A DNA stretch of 64,000 nt from Paraspadella gotoi. Its lineage: Eukaryota; Animalia; Chaetognatha. Of this stretch, positions 51,740 to 64,000 are shown piece by piece. Position 1 is the first letter of the stretch; each line of letters starts with the position of its first letter. The DNA lies in NCBI GenBank assembly GCA_051294375.1, contig JBJCIZ010000744.1, forward strand, positions 362,285-426,284, read 5' to 3'. Below the pieces are notes generated by a model. The model saw only the letters and a list, made by a program, of their open reading frames with translations. It was not told the origin of the DNA and ran no database searches. The position numbers and the translations under genes are program-made.

Positions 51740-54211
51740 GCTTTCTCTCACTCTCAAGAGATAAAAACGTTAAAAACACCAGAAAACGACTTTTTTTTTG
51801 TAAAAAGAGATAAAAACGTTAAATACACAGGCAGACGACATTTCCTAAGTAAAAAGAGATAAAAACGTTAAAAACACCAGCAAACGACTTTTCCAAAGAG
51901 ATAAAAACTTTAAAAATAAAGAAAAACGCTTTTTCCAATGTAAAAAGAGATAAAAACGTAGAAAACACCGGCAAACGATATTTTCAATGTAAAAATAAAT
52001 AAAAACGTTAAAAACTTTGGCAAACATTTAAAAAGATAAAAAGGTTAAAAACACCGACAAACAACTTTTCCAATGTAAAAAGAGATAAAAACGTTAAATA
52101 CACCGGCAGACGACATTTCCTATGTCATAAAAGATAAGGTTAAAAACACCGAAAAACGTCTTTTCCATTGTAAAAAAGGATAAAAACGTGGAAAACACCA
52201 GAAAACAACTTCTTCAATGTAAAAAAAGATAAAAATTTTAAAAACAAAGAAAAACGCTTTTTCCAATTTAAAAAGAGATAAAAACGTTAAAAACTTCTGC
52301 AAACAACTTTTTCAAAAAAAAATAGATAAAAAGGTTAAAAACACCGGCAAACAACTTTTTGATTGTATAAAGAGATAAAAACGTTAAAAACACCATGTGT
52401 TGAACTAAGTTCGGAGAAGTGGCGTCTTTGAATTCTAACTGACTGGACTAATTCTGCGCATTGAAAACCAAATGAAATCGGGCATAAAATGGCGCAGAAG
52501 AGACGATGGCGCCGGTCCAGACGCCCTGGAGATACTGACGACAAAGTCTCAGTAGACGACGTCGGCTAAGGCCGAAATGACGACTGTCTACGAAGCCCAG
52601 GACTTGACGAAAGGTCTGTAGTCTTAGAAGAAGGTTGGAGAGTCTTAAGTCGTTGTAGAGAGTTGTGTTTGTTGTTAGAAGTTGAGTAGTCATTGCTTGT
52701 TAGAAGTCCTGGGCAAGGAATAACAAAACATTTNNNNNNNNNNNNNNNNNNNNNNNNNNNNNNNNNNNNNNNNNNNNNNNNNNNNNNNNNNNNNNNNNNN
52801 NNNNNNNNNNNNNNNNNNNNNNNNNNNNNNNNNNNNNNNNNNNNNNNNNNNNNNNNNNNNNNNNNNNNNNNNNNNNNNNNNNNNNNNNNNNNNNNNNNNN
52901 NNNNNNNNNNNNNNNNNNNNNNNNNNNNNNNNNNNNNNNNNNNNNNNNNACTTTTCCAATGTAAAAAGAGCTAAAAACGTTAAAAACACAGAAAAACGTA
53001 ATGTAAAAAGACATAAAAACATTAAAAACACCGGCAAACAACTTTTTCAATGTAAAAAGAAATAAAAACGGTAAACACTTTGGCAAACGACTTTCCCAGC
53101 GACAATCGACTTTTTCAATTTAAAAATGGATAAAAAAGTTAAAAACACTAGCAAACTACTTTTTCTTAGTAAAAAAAATGTAAACGTTAAAAACACTGGA
53201 AAACGACTTTTCCAATGCAAAAAGAGATAAAAACGTTAAAAACACCGAAATAGCACTTTTCCAAAGTAAAAAGAATTAAAAACGTTAAAAACTTTGGCAA
53301 ACGACTTTTCCAATAAAAAAAGAAATGAAACCGTTGAAAACCCCGTCAAACGAAAAGAGCTAAAAACGTTAAAAACATCAAAAAACGACTTTTCTTTAGT
53401 AAAAAGAGATGAAAACGTTAAAAACACCGAAAAACGACTTTTCCTTTTCCTTTTTCTATGTAAAAAGAGCTAAAAACGTTAAAAACACCGCAAAACGACT
53501 TCTCCGTTTTCTTTTCCTATGTAAAAAGAGCTAAAAACGTTAAAAACACCGAAAAACGACTTTTCCTTTGTAAAAAAAGCTAAAAACGTTAAAAACATCA
53601 AAAAACGACTTTTCTTTTGTAGAAAGAGAAGAAAACGTTAAAAACACCGAAAAACTACTTCTCCGTTTATTTTTCTATGTAAAAAGAGCTAAAAACGTTA
53701 AAAAAACGTGAAAACGACTTTTCCAATGTCAAAAGAGATAAAAACGTTAAAAACACCGAAAAACGTCTTTTCCATTGTGAAAAAGGATAAAAAGGTTGAA
53801 AACACCAGAAAACAACTTTTTCAATGTAAAAGGAGATAAAAACTTTAAAAACAAAGAAAAACGCTTTTTCCAATGTAAAAAAAGATAAAACGTAGAAAAC
53901 ACCGGAAAACGATATTTTCAAAGAAAAAAGAAAAAAAAACGTTAAAAACTTCTGCAAACAACATCATCGAGGTTGTTAATTATGTTTTTTTTACGTTTTA
54001 TCAAAACAAACAAATTTCCTCTCTTTTATTTTTATGTCTCCTTCTCTCTCTCTTTTTTCTTTTAATCATATGTAGCTTTCTCTCACTCTCAAGAGATAAA
54101 AACGTTAAAAACACAAGAAAATGACTTTTCTTTTGTAAAAAGATACGAAAACGTTAAAAAAAAAGAAAACGATTTTTTCCAATGTAAAAAGAATTAAATG
54201 CGTTAAAAACA
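51740..54211. repeat. ~48-bp satellite (AAAAAGAGATAAAAACGTTAAAAACACCGGCAAACGACTTTTCCAATGT-like), interrupted by a unique insert at ~52396-52733 and N gaps
   Basis: Dozens of degenerate tandem units. The array start AGCTTTCTCTCACTCTCAAGAG is repeated at ~51739 and ~54074. Confidence 0.9.
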
Positions 54212-55579
54212 NNNNNNNNNNNNNNNNNNNNNNNNNNNNNNNNNNNNNNNNNNNNNNNNNNNNNNNNNNNNNNNNNNNNNNNNNNNNNNNNNNNNNNNNN
54301 NNNNNNNNNNNTCTCATTTAGTATTATTCTAAGAATGTATCTCTTACACTTACCCTGCTTGGCCGTGGCGCCGTTGAGATTTGAAATGATTGCTCTTCCT
54401 TCGTCTCCCTCCTGCGATCCGGTGTAGAGGCGGAGAAGTCCNNNNNNNNNNNNNNNNNNNNNNNNNNNNNNNNNNNNNNNNNNNNNNNNNNNNNNNNNNN
54501 NNNNNNNNNNNNNNNNNNNNNNNNNNNNNNNNNNNNNNNNNNNNNNNNNNNNNNNNNNNNNNNNNNNNNNNNNNNNNNNNNNNNNNNNNNNNNNNNNNNN
54601 NNNNNNNNNNNNNNNNNNNNNNNNNNNNNNNNNNNNNNNNNNNNNNNNNNNNNNNNNNNNNNNNNNNNAAAGAAAATTAAAAAAAGAGAAATAAAGATTA
54701 AAAGAGAGAAAGGAAGAGAAAATGATCGCGAGAGAGAGTCGCGACTCACTCACTCANNNNNNNNNNNNNNNNNNNNNNNNNNNNNNNNNNNNNNNNNNNN
54801 NNNNNNNNNNNNNNNNNNNNNNNNNNNNNNNNNNNNNNNNNNNNNNNNNNNNNNNNNNNNNNNNNNNNNNNNNNNNNNNNNNNNNNNNNNNNNNNNNNNN
54901 NNNNNNNNNNNNNNNNNNNNNNNNNNNNNNNNNNNNNNNNNNNNNNNNNNNNNNNNNNNNNNNNNNNNNNNNNNNNNNNNNNNNNNNNNNNNNNNNNNNN
55001 NNNNNNNNNNNNNNNNNNNNNNNNNNNNNNNNNNNNNNNNNNNNNNNNNNNNNNNNNNTCGACGCCCACTTTCCATCGGCGCCGAGATTCTTAGTTTCGC
55101 CGACAAGACTCTCTGCGATGTCGGTGATGACGGCGCTGATAGAGTCGGTTGTGATAAAGTCGGTTGTGATAGAGTCGGTTGTGATAGATTTAATGATAAT
55201 GATAAAACAAACATTCTCTTATCCTTTTTCGTCGTTTTCACGAAACCTGCCTAGTGCCTAGTACCTAGTGACGAGCATGTACTAAATCAAATTCTAATTA
55301 ATTTTGCAAAATCACGATTGTTAATCACAGTTTCACGACTCAACGTTTCTGTGAGTCATTTTTTCTCATATTATGATAATCGAAAGATTATTTGTTTTAC
55401 TATTTTTTTAAGTCTCTATTCAAATATTTTGAAAGTAAATAAAATAGATTTTTTAAATTACTGCCTAACAATTAATAATTGTCAATTATTTATAACGTAA
55501 ACTAAAAAATAAAACAAAATAAACAAATATGCTGCCCCCCCCACAAATAATTTCCCATTACACCTTAACATTTTTCTAC

Positions 55580-56895
55580 CTGACGTTTCTACTCGACAAT
55601 TCTCCCGCCAATTCCGACGTTGGTCTTTTGTTCGTGAAAAACCCCAGCGCCTCTCGCCAGCGACGGAAGATGGAACCGGTGGCGCCCTCTCCTCTCATCG
55701 CCGTCGCGAGGACGAGGATCGGCGGCGCGTTCCGGAATTCCGACGCGAAGGATTCGGTTTGAAAGGAGAAAGCGATGCCGGGTTTGTTACGGTTCCGGCG
55801 TTGGACGGCGTTCTCTATGGAGGCGACAAAATGGGCGCCCGACGGAGAGCGGCGCGCGATGGAGAGCGCCGTGGAGAAAGAGCCGTCGACAGCGACGAGC
55901 GAAGGGTCTGTAAAGCGGTAAGTGAGAGTATAGGTTAATTGGCTATTGTTAATTGGCTATTGTTAATTGGCTATTGTTAATTGGATATTGTTAATTGGCT
56001 ATTGTTAATTGGCTATTGTTAATTGGCTATTGTTAATTGGCTATCGTTAATTGGCTATTGTTAATTGGCCATTGTTAATTGGCTATTGTTAATTGACGAT
56101 TGGCTAATGTCGTTCGTTATAAACAAAAGAAAAAATTACCATTACGTCATCGCCTGAACTAAACAAATATTAGCTTTTATTGTAACTAACCCTAATTTTA
56201 ATCATAATATGTCTTGGATTAATTTTTAATCAAATCCTACCTATCATTTTCCTCTCCAAAAGCCAATCCAACATGGCGGAGTCGTTGGCCACAACGGCTT
56301 GAGCCAAAAGGCCCCGGTTACATCCGGGAATGTAGATGAGATTAACGAGTTGAGGATGTAATTGGAGTCGATGCTTGAGTCGCTCTGTCGCCGCCGAGTC
56401 GAGAGATTTGGACTCGGAACATGTTTCCGACAACCTGAGGCGACAGACTGTATTTCTACACTCTTTCTTTTGTATCNNNNNNNNNNNNNNNNNNNNNNNN
56501 NNNNNNNNNNNNNNNNNNNNNNNNNNNNNNNNNNNNNNNNNNNNNNNNNNNNNNNNNNNNNNNNNNNNNNNNNNNNNNNNNNNNNNNNNNNNNNNNNNNN
56601 NNNNNNNNNNNNNNNNNNNNNNNNNNNNNNNNNNNNNNNNNNNNNNNNNNNNNNNNNNNNNNNNNNNNNNNNNNNNNNNNNCTTGAGACAAACGCCGACT
56701 GCAACGCCAACGATGATCACGACGAAGATGACAACGACGACCACGACGAAAATCTTTCTTCTCTTCGTCTGTTTTTGAAAAAGGAAATTTGTATATACAA
56801 TATATATTATATATATATTAATATACATTATACAATATGTATGATGGGTGAGATCACGTACCATAACGCCGTTGTCAGTTTCCCCCGCCATCTGG
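55580..56895 (-). CDS. Fragmentary gene: N-terminal hydrophobic segment plus ankyrin-like repeat; exons incl. ~56476-56241 and 55907-55580 (gapped)
   Basis: A phase-consistent join gives LLAQAVVANDSAMLDWLLERKMIDPSLVAVDGSFSTALSIA. An upstream segment KRRKIFVVVVVVIFVVIIVGVAVGV is TM-like. Confidence 0.4.
55934..56095. repeat. 14-bp minisatellite (GTTAATTGGCTATT)n
   Basis: About 11 tandem copies. Confidence 0.9.
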
Positions 56896-57729
56896 AACAA
56901 TGTATAGGACATAAAATAGGACCTACAATAGGACATACAATAGGACATACAATGTATAGGACATAGTTTTTGTTTAAAGAGACAAAACCTTATAAGCATC
57001 CCAAATATATGAATTTTTTTGAAAATCATGAACTCGATTTAAAATTGAAAATCTAATCACTTTCGTTTCAATTTCTATTATTTTTTTCTCGTCACAAGTA
57101 CTTACCAGAAACGTGTTATTTGACATTGTTATTTTAAAGAAAAATTTAAAACAGAATATAACTCAACTAAAATTTTTTATAAAAAAATGATTATCGCTTA
57201 TCAATTGGCGTTGATCGGCCACTCGCACGCAACTCGAGATGGAAAATTTAAGTGTTTTTTTTTTCTTCTTTTATTTCGATGAGATCTTGAGTTTTAAGAA
57301 TGAAGATAAATACCTGGATTATTATTTTAATGCTTGGAGCTTAAATTTAAAAAAAATAATTATATCTACGCGAATAAAATTAATTTCAAAATTAAATTAA
57401 TTTAAATTACATTAAATTAAATTAAATGTCAAAAGTTTTAATTAGAATCTTCTCGTTTCCCTCTTTCAGTGAGTTCGTCCAAGCCTCGTTTTGAATTCTT
57501 TATCTCGATCCCGCATCGTCAGATCGCTTAAGTTTTTTTGTTTTTCGTTCCGGATCGGTTAATAAGAGTTAAAAATTATTAGAGTTTCATGAACTTTCGA
57601 AATGAAATTTAAAACTTATAAATTTTATTTCCTTCTTTCGAAATTCCAGGACAAATTTCCGATCGGTGCAGTGAAAAGAACCAAATCATTGTTTTTTGCC
57701 CGTATGACATTGACAGCCGGGTCAACAAT

Positions 57730-57763
<34 letters not shown>

Positions 57764-60743
57764 NNNNNNNNNNNNNNNNNNNNNNNNNNNNNNNNNNNNN
57801 NNNNNNNNNNNNNNNNNNNNNNNNNNNNNNNNNNNNNNNNNNNNNNNNNNNNNNNNNNNNNNNNNNNNNNNNNNNNNNNNNNNNNNNNNNNNNNNNNNNN
57901 NNNNNNNNNNNNNNNNNNNNNNNNNNNNNNNNNTCCCCTTTTTAATATTTGTAGTTTCTTAATCTCTGAACACTCAGTTTTTTTTTCACCTTTGGACGTC
58001 CTCGCTTAATGAATCAGAAGAAAAATTTAACTATACTAATTTTATTAGAAAAACTGCCAAATTGGAACCAAACAATAGTAAAATTGTAAAATTTTAAAAA
58101 GTTATCTTTGCTCCTGACTTTCAACCTAATAATATATAATAAATAGCAAAGTTTTCATTTAAATTTTAAATATTTTATTTTTATAAATTATTAATCATCA
58201 TTGTCATTGTTATCGGATTTAACATCATTGATTTTAGAATCGTGATCGCTATCCTCGTCGTCGTNNNNNNNNNNNNNNNNNNNNNNNNNNNNNNNNNNNN
58301 NNNNNNNNNNNNNNNNNNNNNNNNNNNNNNNNNNNNNNNNNNNNNNNNNNNNNNNNNNNNNNNNNNNNNNNNNNNNNNNNNNNNNNNNNNNNNNNNNNNN
58401 NNNNNNNNNNNNNNNNNNNNNNNNNNNNNNNNNNNNNNNNNNNNNNNNNNNNNNNNNNNNNNNNNNNNNNNNNNNNNNNNNNNNNNNNNNNNNNNNNNNN
58501 NNNNNNNNNNNNNNNNNNNNNNNNNNNNNNNNNNNNNNNNNNNNNNNNNNNNNNNNNNNNNNNNNNNNNNNNNNNNNNNNNNNNNNNNNNNNNNNNNNNN
58601 NNNNNNNNNNNNNNNNNNNNNNNNNNNNNNNNNNNNNNNNNNNNNNNNNNNNNNNNNNNNNNNNNNNNNNNNNNNNNNNNNNNNNNNNNNNNNNNNNNNN
58701 NNNNNNNNNNNNNNNNNNNNNNNNNNNNNNNNNNNNNNNNNNNNNNNNNNNNNNNNNNNNNNNNNNNNNNNNNNNNNNNNNNNNNNNNNNNNNNNNNNNN
58801 NNNNNNNNNNNNNNNNNNNNNNNNNNNNNNNNNNNNNNNNNNNNNNNNNNNNNNNNNNNNNNNNNNNNNNNNNNNNNNNNNNNNNNNNNNNNNNNNNNNN
58901 NNNNNNNNNNNNNNNNNNNNNNNNNNNNNNNNNNNNNNNNNNNNNNNNNNNNNNNNNNNNNNNNNNNNNNNNNNNNNNNNNNNNNNNNNNNNNNNNNNNN
59001 NNNNNNNNNNNNNNNNNNNNNNNNNNNNNNNNNNNNNNNNNNNNNNNNNNNNNNNNNNNNNNNNNNNNNNNNNNNNNNNNNNNNNNNNNNNNNNNNNNNN
59101 NNNNNNNNNNNNNNNNNNNNNNNNNNNNNNNNNNNNNNNNNNNNNNNNNNNNNNNNNNNNNNNNNNNNNNNNNNNNNNNNNNNNNNNNNNNNNNNNNNNN
59201 NNNNNNNNNNNNNNNNNNGTTCACCATTCGTCCAAGAATCAGACGGACAATAGAAGATGCCGGGTTCGCGCCATGCTAAATCACACACGGGGCTCTAAGT
59301 TAATCCACTAATCCACTAATCCACTATTCCACTATTCCACTAATCCACTAATCCACTAATCGAATCCACCCTTTGCTATTTAACTCACCGCGGGGCGGCT
59401 GCAAATATTATATACCTTAAATTTACCAATATATGTGATCTAAATTTTTTCTTAACGCCTGAGACTTCTCCAAAAAAAAATATATCTTGAAAGTCATGAT
59501 AACTTACCGTCAATCAATGAGGAGTAGGAATTCGAGTTAAGTAATTTAAAAGAATTATCATTTTATTATTTTTTCTCACAGCATTTTTGAGAAATGAATA
59601 GTAAAAGTGATTTTTGTCTCGAAAACGTGCAGAAAGCGACATGACGTCGATGTCTGCGCGAATTACTGAAAAATGCAAAAGCGTTTTATCTGGTCGGTCT
59701 GTCTGGTTCGTCTCCACCCAAAAAATTGATTCCTTTTTTGACTCTATTTTCCCATTTCTGTTCCTTTATCTCGGAATTAAATTTTATCTATAAATATATT
59801 TTTAAATTAATAACTTAATCCTTAATATTAATCTTAAACCATAACCTAATCCTGAACCCTAAACCTTTATCCCTAATTTCTAATTCTAATCTTAAACTAA
59901 TCTTAATCAATAACCTATTCCTAAATATAACCCTCTTACTTAATCTTCAACCCAATAAATCAACTTAATTTAAGATGAAAATGTGGCGTTCTAGGAAAAC
60001 AAAGCCCATATTTGATTTGGATTCTCTATCGTTTTCATTTTAGCCAAGGGTGCTGATGACGAAGCCGCCTCTCGATCCACGATGTTTCCATCCACGANNN
60101 NNNNNNNNNNNNNNNNNNNNNNNNNNNNNNNNNNNNNNNNNNNNNNNNNNNNNNNNNNNNNNNNNNNNNNNNNNNNNNNNNNNNNNNNNNNNNNNNNNNN
60201 NNNNNNNNNNNNNNNNNNNNNNNNNNNNNNNNNNNNNNNNNNNNNNNNNNNNNNNNNNNNNNNNNNNNNNNNNNNNNNNNNNNNNNNNNNNNNNNNNNNN
60301 NNNNNNNNNNNNNNNNNNNNNNNNNNNNNNNNNNNNNNNNNNNNNNNNNNNNNNNNNNNNNNNNNNTTTTTTTTTTTTGGTGTCGAAGCAGCAGAGATTA
60401 ATGACCGAAGAGTAACAGGATTAAGGGTCGAATTAGGGATGGAGTCGACGACGAAAACGACGACGACAATAGCGACGACGAGTGTGACCACTTTTCTTTC
60501 TCCGCCGGGTCAAGGGGTTTGCGGGTCGAGAGGATTAGTGATATAAACGGGTCTCGCGCGGGTAAGAAAACAGTTTTAGTGATATTATATTTTTATATAT
60601 ATTTGTATATTTTTATAAACAGTTTTCGATGATGAATGATTAATTGGGTGTATTTAGTAGAACGTGCTAATCGTTTAATAGGAAACCCGTACAATTAGCT
60701 TTTTATACGGACCAATTAAATATTATTATCACGCATTCGCTTT

Positions 60744-60783
<40 letters not shown>

Positions 60784-61835
60784 GTCTCGCTCTCTCTTTG
60801 TCTTCATGATTTGATTTTTACTTAAAAGTATTTTTCCCGTCCAAAAAAAAAGAGAGAACAAAAGACCATCGGACCGACGAAAAAAGAAGAAACTCTAAAT
60901 CTCAAAGTCCCCAAACCCAACGAAAGAAGGCGCTCATCGCCGAAAAAAAGAAAATCCCGAAACGAGAAAAAAAAAGAACAACGAAATGTTTTTTTAAACG
61001 TTTCACTTTCTTTTTTCGGCCGCCGAGAAAATTCGAGCTGAGGGAGATTTCGGGGAAAAAAAGGAGAAAAAAAAGGAAAAAGGAAAGAAAGGAGGAAAAA
61101 GAAAAAAATGGAAGAAAGAAAAAATTTGAAAAGGAAAAAGGAAAAAGGAAAAAGTCTCGCGGTNNNNNNNNNNNNNNNNNNNNNNNNNNNNNNNNNNNNN
61201 NNNNNNNNNNNNNNNNNNNNNNNNNNNNNNNNNNNNNNNNNNNNNNNNNNNNNNNNNNNNNNNNNNNNNNNNNNNNNNNNNNNNNNNNNNNNNNNNNNNN
61301 NNNNNNNNNNNNNNNNNNNNNNNNNNNNNNNNNNNNNNNNNNNNNNNNNNNNNNNNNNNNNNNNNNNNNNNNNNNNTTTTTTTTTCAATTTCCGGAATTT
61401 AAACGTTTTAATGTCAAATTTAAAACGCTTTCTGCTTCTTTAAATATTTTTTGCCTCACATTTTTTTTCTCTCCAACTTTTTCTCTTTTTTCCATCTGGA
61501 GAAAATTGTTCTAACGATTGTCGTGGGATCCTTAATGCCCCGTTCCAACCCCTAAAGGCCCCCGAAGGCCCCGCGCCTCGCGCCCCCCCCTCTCTCGCTC
61601 TCTCCGCCCTTTGCAAACCCCGCGAAACCCGAGCAGGGACCCCGAAGGACCCCGAAAGAGCCTTCGGAAACCTTAAAAGACCCCGGGTGACCCCGAAAGG
61701 GTCCCTTCCAAACCCTGCGGAACCCCGGAGACCTCGGAAGGGGGTCTTCGAAAACCTCCCTCGACCAAATTAATTAGAGGAAGGAAGAGAAGGGCGACCG
61801 CGGAAGATTTGATGGGTTGGACCGAGAGGGGTTTG

Positions 61836-61914
<79 letters not shown>

Positions 61915-63101
61915 CTGACATGATGAAGACAGACTTTTAAAATTCCCTTGATGACCTTTATTTAAACGTAAATCCCTGAATTTAAAAATAATACATTTTG
62001 TTCAACCTTTTCCAAAATTATATAACGGTAAATATTCTAAGTCTGAGGTTAATTGTACTTTGAACCAAAATAAGAAAAAACAATTAATGTCCATATGAAC
62101 GATTTTAATTATAGAAAAAGTTTAAACCAAGATTTTCTTTTCTTTTCACAGAAAACTTGACGCAGTCAAGAATCACAAGTTTTCCCCGCTCTCGCTCACA
62201 CGTCACCCACTGTCCACCCCCACCTAACCGCCACCCCGCCACCACCTCCGCCTCTTCGAACTGTTAACGAGGTCCTTAGCAACGTCAACCCTCGCGACTT
62301 CACCGTTAACAACGACCGTTTCCAGGGANNNNNNNNNNNNNNNNNNNNNNNNNNNNNNNNNNNNNNNNNNNNNNNNNNNNNNNNNNNNNNNNNNNNNNNN
62401 NNNNNNNNNNNNNNNNNNNNNNNNNNNNNNNNNNNNNNNNNNNNNNNNNNNNNNNNNNNNNNNNNNNNNNNNNNNNNNNNNNNNNNNNNNNNNNNNNNNN
62501 NNNNNNNNNNNNNNNNNNNNNNNNNNNNNNNNNNNNNNNNNNNNNNNNNNNNNNNNNNNNNNNNNNNNNNNNNNNNNNNNNNNNNNNGATTTTTCCTCAT
62601 CGCTCCCGTTATCGTCCCATTTCGCCGTCGTTTACGTCATCGTCGTCGTCGTCTTCGTCGTCGTCGCCATGGTGATTTTCTGTTGATCACGTGTCGCCTC
62701 AGATGTTATCGGTTCTCCCTCTTGACTCCAAGATTAGTTTTTTTCACGAGTCCGCCCTCCGACGTCGCGAATACGACGAGCGGCCAATGAGAGGGCGAGG
62801 CTCGGGGATTGGAATTCGGGCGACCAATGGGAAGAGAGGAAAGGAGGGATGTTCGAGAGTCGAGGCGGAAAAATGGGGAGGTTGAAGGAAAGAGGAATAA
62901 GCGTCGCTGTTTTGTGACATGATATTTTTTTTTATTTTGCCTTTCGGTTATTTGGTTATAAATATTAATCAAAATCATTTCTAATTTTAATTTTAAATGT
63001 AAATAAATCAATTCGTTAAATCAATATTCTTGTGCTATCTTTTGGGTATTACTAAATATCAGTGACAGTGTTGACGAGCGTATCACCGTAATAATAATAA
63101 T

Positions 63102-63159
<58 letters not shown>

Positions 63160-64000
63160 GTCGTCTTCCGACCAAAATAAAAAGTCTAAAGAAGCTGACG
63201 AAGCGAATGACAAAATTGAAAGATTTTTTTTTTTCTTGTACATTGTCAGATCAGATTTTAAATTTTAATCTCCTCTTTAATTTTTAAGTTTTTAAAACCT
63301 TCGACGACGACGACGACGACGACGACGACTCTCCATCGCAGACTCGCGACGCTAGACGTGTGACACGTCAACAGCGAGCCCATGTGTCACTCTCTCGGAC
63401 GGCCGCCTCCGCCGNNNNNNNNNNCGCCGCCGCCGCCGCCGCCGCTCGAGGGTCGACGCGACGATAATCACTTCGCGTCGCCGATTTTTTCCAAGGCGAC
63501 CGACGTCGTCGCCATCTGTAACGGCCTGTCTTTGCCATCTGCGGAGTTATCTGTAACGGCATGTNNNNNNNNNNNNNNNNNNNNNNNNNNNNNNNNNNNN
63601 NNNNNNNNNNNNNNNNNNNNNNNNNNNNNNNNNNNNNNNNNNNNNNNNNNNNNNNNNNNNNNNNNNNNNNNNNNNNNNNNNNNNNNNNNNNNNNNNNNNN
63701 NNNNNNNNNNNNNNNNNNNCATTGCCATCTGCGGTGTCATCTGTAACGGCCTCTCTTTCCCGCCATCTGTAACCATCAAGCAATGGCCCTTGCGATCTCT
63801 GATGCCATCATCCTTGCCACTTTCAAGCAATCTGATGTCGCCATCTTTAATGCCATCTCTAACGCCATCTCTAACGCCATCACCCTCTCTCTCTTCAACT
63901 CCATCCCAATCCTTATCTCTAACGCCATCGCCATCTCTATTGCCATCTTGCCATCTCTGTTGCCATCTCCCTCCTCAACCTTCGAAATCATTTTCTCTAT

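Noticed and set aside
51740-54211. CRISPR-like array in the ~48-bp repeats (also the 7720 and 27790 repeats)
   Set aside because: These are contiguous degenerate tandem units without unique spacers, in a eukaryotic context with no cas genes.
59990-62700. Possible + strand exons of a membrane protein (Thr-rich stretch, hydrophobic segment near 62625-62680)
   Set aside because: Broken by N gaps, with no recognisable domain or verifiable splice phase.

Overview
AT-rich animal (metazoan) genomic DNA with spliceosomal introns, GC-richer exons, abundant (CT/GA)n microsatellites and an N-gapped right end (from ~52.7 kb). Genes reconstructed by hand: the 3' end of a chitin-binding (CBM14/peritrophin-A) protein; the 3' half of an Ig-FN3-TM cell-surface protein; a 3-exon small secreted, neuropeptide-precursor-like gene missed by the ORF track; a 6-exon astacin metalloprotease with a GC-AG intron; an intronless CDC34/UBE2R E2; a disrupted Rab-GDI retro-pseudogene; a PRD-class homeobox gene; a disrupted XK-related gene; and an ankyrin-like fragment. 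The most striking system is a ~235-bp repeat that looks like a tRNA-SINE but is an LTR. It has nine copies with TA...CA ends and 4-bp target duplications. One complete miniature LTR retrotransposon (TRIM, 47384-48035) has a PBS, a PPT, a tRNA-like Pol III cassette in each LTR and three tandem PBS-like units. Also present: other short LTR families, a whole CCA-ending tRNA-Lys fused to an LTR-like end, Penelope-type minimal hammerhead ribozymes, MITEs and a nested TE stack inside a decayed Gypsy-like element. All calls are manual and no database searches were run.
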